Positions 20,290 through 28,995 of a stretch of DNA of 64,000 nt are shown one piece after another. The notes under the pieces were generated by a model. The model was not told where the DNA came from. It was given only the letters and a program-made list of their open reading frames with translations, and ran no database searches. Position numbers and translations under genes: made by a program. The stretch is from assembly GCA_015228815.1 (NCBI GenBank), contig JADGCV010000006.1, forward strand, positions 74,495-138,494, in the 5' to 3' direction. Every line of letters begins with the position of its first letter. Position 1 is the stretch's first letter. The DNA comes from Magnetococcales bacterium. GTDB lineage: Bacteria; Pseudomonadota; Magnetococcia; Magnetococcales; UBA8363.

Positions 20290-22930
20290 ACTGGAACTCG
20301 AAAACCTGGAATGGCGGGAATCATTGGACCATGTATTCCAGCACCAGGGGGCCAACCGGGTTGTAGAACTGCTGCATACCCTCCAGGCCCATGGCAAAAT
20401 GCTGGGTGTCGAAATCCCGTTTTCCGCCAACACCCCCTTCGTCAATACCATCCCCCCCGAAAAACAACCCCCCTATCCCGGAAACCGCGCCCTGGAACGG
20501 CGGATCAAAAGCCTCATCCGCTGGAACGCCATGGCGATGGTCGTGCGCGCCAACCGGGATGAATCGGGAATCGGCGGCCATATTTCCACCTACGCCTCCG
20601 CCGCCACCCTCTATGAGGTGGGTTTCAATCATTTTTTTCGCGGCCCCGACCATCCGGGAGGCGGCGACCTTGTTTTTTTCCAGGGGCATTCGACCCCCGG
20701 AATCTACGCCCGCGCCTTTCTGGAAAACCGCATCGACGAACAACACCTTGTCAACTTTCGCCGTGAACTCAACCCCATGGGGGGGCTCTCCTCCTATCCC
20801 CACCCCTGGCTCATGCCCGACTTCTGGCAAGCTACGACCGTCTCCATGGGGCTGGGGCCGATCATGGCCATCTATCAGGCGCGGTTCATGCGCTATCTGG
20901 CGGACCGCAACCTCAAGGACACCTCCGACCGGAAAATATGGGCTTTCCTCGGCGACGGCGAAACCGACGAACCCGAAACCCTGGGCGCCATCAGCCTGGC
21001 GGCCCGGGAAAAGCTGGACAACCTGATCTTCGTCATCAACTGCAACCTGCAACGGCTTGACGGTCCCGTCCGCGGCAACGGACAGATCATTCAGGAACTC
21101 GAAGCGGACTTTCGCGGCGCGGGATGGAATGTCATCAAAGTCATCTGGGGTTCCGACTGGGATCCCCTCTTCGCCCGCGATCATGACGGACGGCTCATGA
21201 AACGGCTCTCCGAACTGGTCGATGGCGACTACCAGAAACTTTCCGCCGAGGGCGGGGCCTTCATCCGCCGTCATGTGTTCGGCGGGCATCCGCAACTGAT
21301 GGAGATGGTGGCCCATCATTCCGACGAACAACTGGAACGGATGAATCGCGGTGGCCATGATCCCGAAAAAGTCCATGCCGCCTTCAAAGCGGCGGTGGAA
21401 CATCGGGGACGGCCCTCGGTGGTCCTGGCGATGACCATCAAGGGATATGGGCTGGGTGCGGCGGGAGAAGGGAAAAACATCACCCACTCGCAGAAAAAAC
21501 TTAATGAAGAGGAACTGCGCGATTTCCGTTCACGCTTCCAGGTCCCCCTGTCGGATCAGGAGGTGGCGGGCATGCCCTTCTACAAACCGCTGCCCGACAG
21601 TCAGGAGGTCCGTTATCTTCGGACCCATCGGGAAAAACTGGGCGGATTTCTCCCCTGCCGCCGTCCGATCGACGAATCCCTGCCGCTGCCGCCGGCGTCT
21701 CTGTTCGAGGAATTTCGCCCGGGGACCGAGGATCGCAAGATTTCCACCACCATGGCCTTTGTCCGGCTCCTGTCGAAACTGCTCAGGGATCCGGGATTGG
21801 GTAAACGGATCACCCCCATCGTCCCCGACGAGGCGCGCACCTTCGGCATGGAAGGATTGTTCCGCCAATGCGGCATCTACTCCCATCCGGGCCAGCTCTA
21901 CGAACCGGTGGATCATGACAGTCTGCTGTACTACAAGGAAACCCGCGATGGCCAGATTCTTGAGGAAGGGATCACCGAAGCGGGAGGGATGAGTTCCTTC
22001 ATCGCCGCCGGAACCTCCTATGCCAACCATGGCATCACCATGATTCCCTTTTTCATCTATTATTCCATGTTCGGCTTCCAGAGGATCGGTGATCTGGCCT
22101 GGGCCGCCGCCGACATGCGTTCCCGGGGATTTCTCGTCGGCGGCACCGCGGGGCGGACGACACTGGCCGGAGAGGGCTTGCAGCATCAGGATGGCCACAG
22201 CCATCTCCTGGCGCTGCCGATCCCCAATCTGGTCGCCTACGATCCCGCCTTCGCCTTCGAACTGGAGGTGATCATCGAGGACGGACTGCGGCGAATGATC
22301 GTCGAGCGGGAAGATGTTTATTATTATCTGACGGTCATGAATGAAAACTACCCCCAACCCCCAATGCCCGAGGGGGCCAGGGAAGGAATTCTCTCCGGTC
22401 TTTATCTGTTTCGCCCGGCGCCCGATCCGTCGTTTTCGCGCAAGGTGCAACTGTTCGGCAGCGGCGCCATCATCAACGAGGTCCTGGCGGCCCAGGAATT
22501 GCTCGCCGAATTCGAGGTCGCCGCCAACGTCTGGAGCGTCACCAGTTACAAGTCGCTCTACCGGGAGGCGATGGCGGTGGATCGTTTCAACCGCCTGCAC
22601 CCCGAAAGGCCGCTGCAAAAACCCTATCTGACCCGTTGTCTTGAAGGACATTCGGGACCGGTGATCGCCGCGAGCGACTATGTGCGCACCCTTCCCGACA
22701 TGGTGGCCCAATGGGTCCCGGAAGGGATGATCAGCCTCGGGACCGACGGCTTCGGGCGCAGCGATTCACGACCGGCGCTGCGGGATTTCTTCGAGGTGGA
22801 TGTCAAGTTCATCACCCAGGCGGCCCTGAGCGCCTTGTGTCGCCGTGGCCAGATCGACGCCACCGTGGTCACGCAGGCACTCCGGCAACTTGGCATCGAT
22901 CCCGAACGGCCCGATCCGATCACACGATGA
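20246..22930 (+). CDS. aceE: Pyruvate dehydrogenase E1 component (homodimeric type)
   Basis: The 894-aa protein has the typical AceE N-terminus (LEWRESLDHVFQHQG), the ThDP-binding GDGE...N region and a transketolase-like C-terminal half. aceF and lpdA follow. Confidence 0.95.
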   Translation: MTPMSQRNDAPPSNELELENLEWRESLDHVFQHQGANRVVELLHTLQAHGKMLGVEIPFSANTPFVNTIPPEKQPPYPGNRALERRIKSLIRWNAMAMVVRANRDESGIGGHISTYASAATLYEVGFNHFFRGPDHPGGGDLVFFQGHSTPGIYARAFLENRIDEQHLVNFRRELNPMGGLSSYPHPWLMPDFWQATTVSMGLGPIMAIYQARFMRYLADRNLKDTSDRKIWAFLGDGETDEPETLGAISLAAREKLDNLIFVINCNLQRLDGPVRGNGQIIQELEADFRGAGWNVIKVIWGSDWDPLFARDHDGRLMKRLSELVDGDYQKLSAEGGAFIRRHVFGGHPQLMEMVAHHSDEQLERMNRGGHDPEKVHAAFKAAVEHRGRPSVVLAMTIKGYGLGAAGEGKNITHSQKKLNEEELRDFRSRFQVPLSDQEVAGMPFYKPLPDSQEVRYLRTHREKLGGFLPCRRPIDESLPLPPASLFEEFRPGTEDRKISTTMAFVRLLSKLLRDPGLGKRITPIVPDEARTFGMEGLFRQCGIYSHPGQLYEPVDHDSLLYYKETRDGQILEEGITEAGGMSSFIAAGTSYANHGITMIPFFIYYSMFGFQRIGDLAWAAADMRSRGFLVGGTAGRTTLAGEGLQHQDGHSHLLALPIPNLVAYDPAFAFELEVIIEDGLRRMIVEREDVYYYLTVMNENYPQPPMPEGAREGILSGLYLFRPAPDPSFSRKVQLFGSGAIINEVLAAQELLAEFEVAANVWSVTSYKSLYREAMAVDRFNRLHPERPLQKPYLTRCLEGHSGPVIAASDYVRTLPDMVAQWVPEGMISLGTDGFGRSDSRPALRDFFEVDVKFITQAALSALCRRGQIDATVVTQALRQLGIDPERPDPITR

Positions 22931-22973
22931 CGACCATGGCAACCATCCACTGGCACGGCAAGGAGCGGACCCA

Positions 22974-24323
22974 ATGAGTACGGAATTCACACTGCCCAAC
23001 CTGGGGGAAAACATCTCGGGGGGAGACATCGTTCATGTTCTGGCGACCGCTGGCATGTCGGTCACCGCAGGGACGGTCCTTCTCGAAGTGGAAACCGACA
23101 AGGCGGTCGTCGAAGTCCCGGCAAACGAGGATATGATCGTCCAGGAGGTCCGGATCAAACCCGGAGATCACGTCAAGGTCGGACAAGCCCTGTTCATCGT
23201 GGAACCGGGAGGAGCGAAAACAGCCGCCCCTCCCGATCTGTCACCCCCTCCCGTAACGGCGCCCCCGACCGCGCCCCCGACCGGCGCGGACCAGACCGAC
23301 AGGGCACAAACCACAACGGGTGATGCCGCCACCGCCCGGCCCGCCGGAATGGAGGGATCTCCGATGGCGGTTGCGCCCCCCGTCCGTTCGACGGTCCCGG
23401 TCGCGGCGGCCCCTTCGGTGCGCCGCGAGGCGCGGGAACTCGGGGTTGACATTCGTCAGGTCAAGGGAACCGGGCCGGGAGGACGGATCGGCATGGCGGA
23501 TGTCCGGGCCTGGGTGCGGGAACACAACCGCAATCCCGCCGCCGCCGTCTCCCAGGGACCGATCGGGGTGGGTGATGCCCGGGTACCGCTGCACACGCAA
23601 CTGCCCGACTTTGCCTCGTGGGGCACGATCACCCGGGAAAAGATGAAAAATGTCCGACGCGCCACGGCCATGCACATGGCCGCCACCTGGAACACCGTCC
23701 CCCAGGTCACCTGCCATGACAAGGCGGACATCACCCGCCTGGAAGAACTGCGTCACCGGTTTGCCCCCCGGATCGCCAAGGGTGGCGGAAAACTTTCGCT
23801 CACGGCCATCGTTTTGAAGGTCGTGGCAACGGCGCTCAAGATGTTTCCCCAGTTCAACGCCTCGGTGGACATGGCCAATGATGAAATCATTTTCAAGCAG
23901 TACATCCACCTTGGAGTTGCGGTCGATACCCCGAGGGGACTCATCGTGCCGGTGCTCCGCGACGTGGACCGGAAAAACATCACCCAACTGGCCGCCGCCC
24001 TGACCATTCTTTCCGAAACGGCGCGCGCGGGAAAGACGGCGTTGGAGGATATGCGCGGAGGATGCTTTACGGTATCCAATCTTGGCGGAATCGGCGGTAT
24101 CGGTTTCACCCCCATCGTCAACTATCCCGAGGTGGCGATCCTTGGAATGTCGAAAGGGGTGGTGGAGGCGGTGCAGGTCGCGGGAACATTCGAACCCCGC
24201 CTCATGTTGCCATTGTCGCTATCGTTCGATCATCGTCTGATCGATGGCGCGGATGGCGCCCGCTTTTTGCGTTGGATTTGCGAAGCGTTGGAAGAACCGC
24301 TCCTTCTGTCCCTTGAAGGATAG
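22974..24323 (+). CDS. aceF: Dihydrolipoamide acetyltransferase (PDH E2), with a single lipoyl domain
   Basis: MSTEFTLPNLGE...VETDKAVVEVP is the lipoyl-Lys motif. APSVRREARELGVD is the E3-binding domain. The catalytic DHRLIDGA is present. The ORF-track start at 22845 overlaps aceE. Confidence 0.9.
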   Translation: MSTEFTLPNLGENISGGDIVHVLATAGMSVTAGTVLLEVETDKAVVEVPANEDMIVQEVRIKPGDHVKVGQALFIVEPGGAKTAAPPDLSPPPVTAPPTAPPTGADQTDRAQTTTGDAATARPAGMEGSPMAVAPPVRSTVPVAAAPSVRREARELGVDIRQVKGTGPGGRIGMADVRAWVREHNRNPAAAVSQGPIGVGDARVPLHTQLPDFASWGTITREKMKNVRRATAMHMAATWNTVPQVTCHDKADITRLEELRHRFAPRIAKGGGKLSLTAIVLKVVATALKMFPQFNASVDMANDEIIFKQYIHLGVAVDTPRGLIVPVLRDVDRKNITQLAAALTILSETARAGKTALEDMRGGCFTVSNLGGIGGIGFTPIVNYPEVAILGMSKGVVEAVQVAGTFEPRLMLPLSLSFDHRLIDGADGARFLRWICEALEEPLLLSLEG

Positions 24324-24372
24324 AAGCCCGCGACTTAAGTCACGCACCCTGGCAACCGGTTGGGAGAAGGTC

Positions 24373-25785
24373 ATGAATAAACCCGGACATGTCATCGTCA
24401 TCGGCGGCGGTCCCGGAGGCTATGCCGCCGCGTTTTTGGCCGCCGGTCATGGATTTGAAACCACCCTCGTGGACCTTCAGCCCCATCCTGGAGGGGTGTG
24501 TCTCCATTGGGGTTGCATTCCCAGCAAAGCCTTGCTGCACGCTGCCAAAACCATCAGCGAAGCCCGCGAAGCGGCGCATATCGGGATCCGTTTCCAGGAG
24601 CCGGAAATCGACCTGGAGATGTTGCGCTCCTGGAAAAACAAGGTGGTCGAACACCTGACCTCGGGATTGGGACAGCAATGTCTGAAGCGCAAGGTCACCT
24701 TCATTCAGGGACGGGCGACGTTTTTGTCGTCCGATCGGGTGGCGATCGATCGAGCCGATGGCGAACGAATCGCGTTGACTTTCGACCAGTGCATCCTCGC
24801 CACGGGTTCCAAACCGCGATCGCTGCCGGAGTTGGATTGGGAATCACCACGGGTCATGGATTCCACCCGTGCCCTGGAACTCGAAAAAATTCCGGAAACG
24901 TTACTCGTCGTGGGCGGTGGCGTCATCGGCCTTGAATTGGGATCGGTGTACGCAACCCTGGGGTCCAGGGTGACCCTGATGGAGATGACCTCGGGATTGC
25001 TTCCGGGGGCGGATCGGGATCTGGTTCGTCCCTTGAGCAAGCGGATCGACCGGTGGGCGCAAAAGGTGATGCTCGAAACCCGGATCACCGGGGTTCGGCA
25101 CGAGGAGCAGGGGATCGACATCACCTTTGCCGACAAGGAGGGCCATTCGTTCAACGACAGGTTCGACCGGGTTTTGGTCAGCGTCGGACGAATTCCCAAC
25201 TCGGAAGGGTTGGGCCTCGAAAACACCGGTGTCGTATTGGATCGGGGATTTGTCCGTGTGGACCGCGGCCAGAGGACCGACGACCCGCGAATTTCCGCCA
25301 TTGGCGACCTGACGGGTGGTCCAATGCTGGCCCACAAGGCGTCCCATGAAGCGCGGGTGGCGGTGGCGGTATTGGCGGGAAAAAAAGAAACGTTCGAACC
25401 CCGTGGCATTCCCGCCGTTGCCTTTACCGATCCGGAGTTGGCGTGGGTGGGATTGACCGAAACCGAGGCCAAGCGGCAAGGGATCGAAGTGAAATCGGTC
25501 CGTTTCCCCTGGGGGGCCTCGGGTAGGGCGCAAACTTTAAGCAGTGCCGATGGACTCACCAAACTGATCGTCGATCCCGAGACGGAACGGATTCTGGGTG
25601 TGGGAATCGTGGGAAGTGGGGCGGGAGAATTGATCGCGGAGGGGGTTTTGGCACTCGAAATGGGCGCCACGGCCTATGACCTGGCAGCGACGATCCATCC
25701 CCATCCGACGTTGTCGGAAACGGTGATGGAGGCGGCGGACGTTTTTCTCGGCCACTGCACCCATTACTTTGTTCCAAAACGCTGA
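24373..25785 (+). CDS. lpdA: Dihydrolipoyl dehydrogenase (E3)
   Basis: VIVIGGGPGGYAAA is the FAD motif, GGVCLHWGCIPSK the redox disulfide, and HPHPTLSE the C-terminal dimerisation motif. Start is at MNKPGH. Confidence 0.9.
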   Translation: MNKPGHVIVIGGGPGGYAAAFLAAGHGFETTLVDLQPHPGGVCLHWGCIPSKALLHAAKTISEAREAAHIGIRFQEPEIDLEMLRSWKNKVVEHLTSGLGQQCLKRKVTFIQGRATFLSSDRVAIDRADGERIALTFDQCILATGSKPRSLPELDWESPRVMDSTRALELEKIPETLLVVGGGVIGLELGSVYATLGSRVTLMEMTSGLLPGADRDLVRPLSKRIDRWAQKVMLETRITGVRHEEQGIDITFADKEGHSFNDRFDRVLVSVGRIPNSEGLGLENTGVVLDRGFVRVDRGQRTDDPRISAIGDLTGGPMLAHKASHEARVAVAVLAGKKETFEPRGIPAVAFTDPELAWVGLTETEAKRQGIEVKSVRFPWGASGRAQTLSSADGLTKLIVDPETERILGVGIVGSGAGELIAEGVLALEMGATAYDLAATIHPHPTLSETVMEAADVFLGHCTHYFVPKR

Positions 25786-25810
25786 AGAGTCCACAGGAAA
25801 AACAGGCATC

Positions 25811-26032
25811 ATGGACATGATCCAGGAACTTCAATACAAAGTAAGTCGTCTGTTCCCACTCCTTGCACAAGAAGCATTGGATTTCATTGGATACCTGGAA
25901 CATATCCATCAGCGTGACCAGGGGTCTGTCCTTTTGAAACATGCCCAACAGACATCCATGCGCAAGGTTTGGGATAACCCAATCGATGAGGTATGGAATG
26001 ACATGTACACCTGGATAAAAAATATAACCTAG
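25811..26032 (+). CDS. Small DUF2281-like putative antitoxin
   Basis: MDMIQELQYKVSRLFPLLAQEALDFIGYLEH...MRKVWDNPIDEVWND resembles DUF2281-type antitoxins that I recall upstream of PIN toxins. This stretch is visibly AT-richer than its flanks. Confidence 0.5.
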   Translation: MDMIQELQYKVSRLFPLLAQEALDFIGYLEHIHQRDQGSVLLKHAQQTSMRKVWDNPIDEVWNDMYTWIKNIT

Positions 26033-26084
26033 GATAATTAACCATAAAACATCCACTTGGTTACCGTCAGGGACCAAACTTTTC

Positions 26085-26558
26085 ATGAACCCCAAGGTCT
26101 ATCTGGAAACCAGCATCATCAGCTATCTGGCGGCCCGGCCCAGCCGGGACTTGGTGCTTGCCGCCCATCAGCAGATTACCGCCGAATGGTGGGACAAGAG
26201 CCGCCGCCACTTCGACCTGTACACGTCCGAACTGATATTCCGGGAGGCAAACGCGGGCGACCCCGGAGCCGCCAAACGTCGGTTGGAATTTTTGGCGGGC
26301 CTGCCCAGTCTCAATGTCAATGAAGAGGTCATGACTCTGGCCATCGCACTACTGGATGCTCGGGCTGTTCCTCGACAGGCGGTTGATGACGCCTATCACA
26401 TCGCCCTGGCTGCCGTGCATAGGATGGATTACCTGCTGACTTGGAATTGCAAGCACATCGCCAATGCCACCATGTGGAGCCGGATTGATGGCATCTGTCG
26501 TTCCCAAGGCCATGAACCTCCAGCCATCGCCACCCCCGAACAACTTCAGGAGGAATGA
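26085..26558 (+). CDS. PIN-domain protein (VapC-like toxin family)
   Basis: The 157-aa protein shows VYLETSIISYL...DDAYHIALAAVHRMDYLLTWNCKHI, the PIN layout. The first acidic position is Glu and the last is Asn rather than Asp. Confidence 0.75.
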   Translation: MNPKVYLETSIISYLAARPSRDLVLAAHQQITAEWWDKSRRHFDLYTSELIFREANAGDPGAAKRRLEFLAGLPSLNVNEEVMTLAIALLDARAVPRQAVDDAYHIALAAVHRMDYLLTWNCKHIANATMWSRIDGICRSQGHEPPAIATPEQLQEE

Positions 26559-26755
26559 CCATGTGGGAAGACCCCATAGTCGCGGAAGTCCGCAAGGTCC
26601 GAGAAGAACATGCCGCCCGCTTCAATTATAACCCAGTGGCCATCTACCACGACATCAAGCGCATGGAACAGGAGTCGGGCCGGGAATACGTGGATTTCTC
26701 GCGAAAGCCGGACCAGAAAGCAGCAAGACCAGCTGATGGCTGTCAGGTAAGATAA
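26555..26755 (+). CDS. Small protein translationally coupled to the PIN gene (possible cognate antitoxin)
   Basis: An ATGA overlap links it to the PIN stop. (MT)MWEDPIVAEVRKVREEHAARFNYNPVAIYHDIKRMEQESGREYV is a type of small ORF I recall downstream of this PIN subfamily. Confidence 0.5.
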   Translation: MTMWEDPIVAEVRKVREEHAARFNYNPVAIYHDIKRMEQESGREYVDFSRKPDQKAARPADGCQVR

Positions 26756-26775
26756 CGCAACGATCATCTTTTTGA

Positions 26776-27142
26776 TTGACACACATCCTCTTTTTTTCCT
26801 ATCCTGCCCCCATGGACACGACTCGCAAACACACCCCGTCGCTGCGACTGCATGGCTCCCTCCCGAGTGCCAACCCCGACCCGTGGGCGAAGGAAGGTTT
26901 GCGACAGGACTGAGTTGATCCGCCAAATCTTGAAACCGAAGGCCATGGGTTCCCCCGAATCCATGGCTTTTTTAATTCCCCCTTCCCGACAAAAAAAGCG
27001 GAGGAAAATAATGAAAAAAAACCATTTTTTACTGCGACTGACGGGCGGCCGCCTTTGGATGGCGTTGTGGCGCCCAGGCGGCCGGTTCGCTCCCACCATT
27101 GTCCTTCAATCGCATACGACAAGGAGTCGATTTCGATGTTGA
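26776..27142 (+). promoter_or_regulatory. Candidate leuA leader: sigma70-like promoter, two small ORFs, intrinsic terminator and repeated CATGG cores
   Basis: TTGACA (26776-81), an 18-nt spacer, then TATCCT (26800-05). An ATG at 26812 sits 7 nt after the -10 element and opens a possible leaderless 33-codon ORF. A terminator hairpin lies at 26942-67 with a T6 run. A second 43-codon uORF (27011-27142) has GGAGG 6 nt upstream and overlaps the leuA ATG. Confidence 0.3.
26939..26973 (+). terminator. Rho-independent terminator-like hairpin
   Basis: GCCATGG (26942-48), a 12-nt loop, CCATGGC (26961-67), then TTTTTT (26968-73). An AA tract precedes the stem. Confidence 0.55.
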
Positions 27143-28833
27143 CCCAGGCCCGCCGGAAATACCGCCCCGCCCCGCCCATTCCCATGACGGTCCGCCATTG
27201 GCCCGACCGCACCCTTTCCCAACCACCCCAATGGTGCAGCATCGACCTTCGCGATGGCAACCAGGCCCTGGCGATTCCGATGAACCCGGAACGGAAAAGA
27301 CGTCTGTTCCAGATGCTCATCCGTTTGGGATTTCGTGAAATAGAAGCCGGCTTTCCCGCCGCCTCTCAGGATGAATTCGCCTTCATGCGCACCCTGGTCG
27401 ATACCACCCCCGAGGAGGTCGCCATCCAGGTATTGACCTCGGCACGCGAGGAACACATACGCCGCACTTTCGCAGCCCTCGAAGGGATGCCCCAGGCAAC
27501 CGTCCATTTTTATCTTTCCACCTCCCCGGTCCAACGGCGGGTGGTGTTCGGAGTGGATGAAAAAACCCTGATCGCACGGGCCGTCACCGCCGCAACCTTG
27601 ATCCGGACCCTTGCCGAACGGCAACCGGAGACCCGATGGCACTTTCAATTTTCGCCCGAGAGTTTCTCGGCGACGGAGCCTGAATTTGCCCTTGCCATCT
27701 GCGAAGCGGTGGTTGCAGTCTGGGAACCCGACCGCGAACACCGGATTATTCTCAATCTTCCCGCCACGGTCGAAGTCGCGGCACCCAACCGGTTTGCCGA
27801 CCAGATCGAATGGTTCGACCGCCACCTTGCCCGCCGTGAGGCAGTCATCCTTTCCATTCATCCCCACAACGACCGCGGGTGTGCTGTCGCGGCGGCGGAG
27901 TTGGCCCTTTTGGCCGGGGCGGAACGTGTCGAGGGGGCCTTGTTCGGCAATGGGGAACGGACGGGAAACCTTGATCTTGTCACGTTGGCGCTCAATCTTT
28001 ACAGCCAGGGAATCGATCCCGGACTTGATCTTTCGGACATGGGGCAAATAATCGAATGTTACCGTGAATGCACCGGAATGGAGGTCGCCCCGCGCCACCC
28101 CTATGCCGGAGCCATGGTCCATACCGCCTTTTCGGGATCCCATCAGGATGCCATCCGCAAGGGATTGGCCGCCGCGGTCCCGGACGGCCCCTGGGAGGTC
28201 CCCTACATTCCCATCGATCCCCGTGACATGGGCTTTGATTTGTCGGGCATCATCCGGGTCAACAGCCAATCGGGAAAGGGGGGAGCGGCCTATCTTCTGG
28301 CCCGGGAACGCGGCATCACCCTTCCCCGCTGGCTCGAACCGGAATTCGCCCGTGAAGTGCAACGGGCGACGGAACAAAGCGGTGGTGAATTGTCCGCACC
28401 CCAACTCATCGACCTGTTCGACCGGACCATGCGGCATCCACCGCAACACATCCGCCTGGAACACAGCCATCTGTACCAGGAGCCGCAACGGGAGTTGCCC
28501 CAGGATTCAGGATACCGGATCGAATTGAAGGTGACGATCGATGGCCAATCCAGAACCCTTTTCGGCCAGGGCAACGGTCCCATCGATGCCGCCTGCCACG
28601 CCTTGCCGGGTCCGTGGCACATCCGACAGTATGAGGAACACGCCCTGGGACAAGGGAGCGATGCCCAGGCCATCGCCTTCATCCAGCTCGAACAACATCC
28701 CTGCCGCCCCCGGTCCGGCGTGGGAATTCATGAGGACATCATCACCGCCTCCCTGCACGCCTTGATGGCGGCCATCAACCTCTGCCTTGCAGAATGGTCC
28801 CCCGCCGACCGTCGAACCTTGTTTTTGGATTGA
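27136..28833 (+). CDS. leuA: 2-isopropylmalate synthase, long (actinobacterial/LeuA type 2) form
   Basis: AAGGAG lies 9 nt upstream of the [53 protein letters not shown] and a C-terminal LeuA dimer/regulatory domain are present. The ORF-track start at 27055 is probably too long. Confidence 0.9.
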   Translation: MLTQARRKYRPAPPIPMTVRHWPDRTLSQPPQWCSIDLRDGNQALAIPMNPERKRRLFQMLIRLGFREIEAGFPAASQDEFAFMRTLVDTTPEEVAIQVLTSAREEHIRRTFAALEGMPQATVHFYLSTSPVQRRVVFGVDEKTLIARAVTAATLIRTLAERQPETRWHFQFSPESFSATEPEFALAICEAVVAVWEPDREHRIILNLPATVEVAAPNRFADQIEWFDRHLARREAVILSIHPHNDRGCAVAAAELALLAGAERVEGALFGNGERTGNLDLVTLALNLYSQGIDPGLDLSDMGQIIECYRECTGMEVAPRHPYAGAMVHTAFSGSHQDAIRKGLAAAVPDGPWEVPYIPIDPRDMGFDLSGIIRVNSQSGKGGAAYLLARERGITLPRWLEPEFAREVQRATEQSGGELSAPQLIDLFDRTMRHPPQHIRLEHSHLYQEPQRELPQDSGYRIELKVTIDGQSRTLFGQGNGPIDAACHALPGPWHIRQYEEHALGQGSDAQAIAFIQLEQHPCRPRSGVGIHEDIITASLHALMAAINLCLAEWSPADRRTLFLD

Positions 28834-28902
28834 CCTCCGGAAATTCCAGTCTCCCCCCCGTCCGGGATCGGCCCGCCGATCCCGGACCCTTTCACAATCG
28901 TT
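27871..28902 (+). repeat. Direct repeat copy 1: leuA 3' ~960 bp plus ~70 bp downstream, duplicated at 34331-34925
   Basis: Hand alignment gives 27871-28046 = 34331-34506 and 28491-28902 = 34514-34925, at roughly 96-97% identity. Similarity stops abruptly at both outer ends. Confidence 0.9.
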
Positions 28903-28995
28903 TGAACAACCTCAACAAACTTGCGGCTGTGCGACATCCGATGTATGATTATTTCTACAAAATAACTCATATAAAACATACCCATTAAGGAAACC

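Noticed and set aside
26880-26912. SRP (4.5S) RNA-like GAAGGAAG motif
   Set aside because: The flanks cannot form the conserved domain IV helix with a GNAR tetraloop, and the overall length and structure do not fit.
26764-27320. Minus-strand ORFs 26764..27099 and 26799..27320 in the PIN-leuA intergenic region
   Set aside because: They overlap the promoter/terminator-like leader and the leuA 5' end on the opposite strand. They have no RBS and no recognisable domains.
27106-28488. 460-aa minus-strand ORF
   Set aside because: It is antisense to leuA. Its partial duplicate at 34307..34705 is antisense to the leuA remnant.
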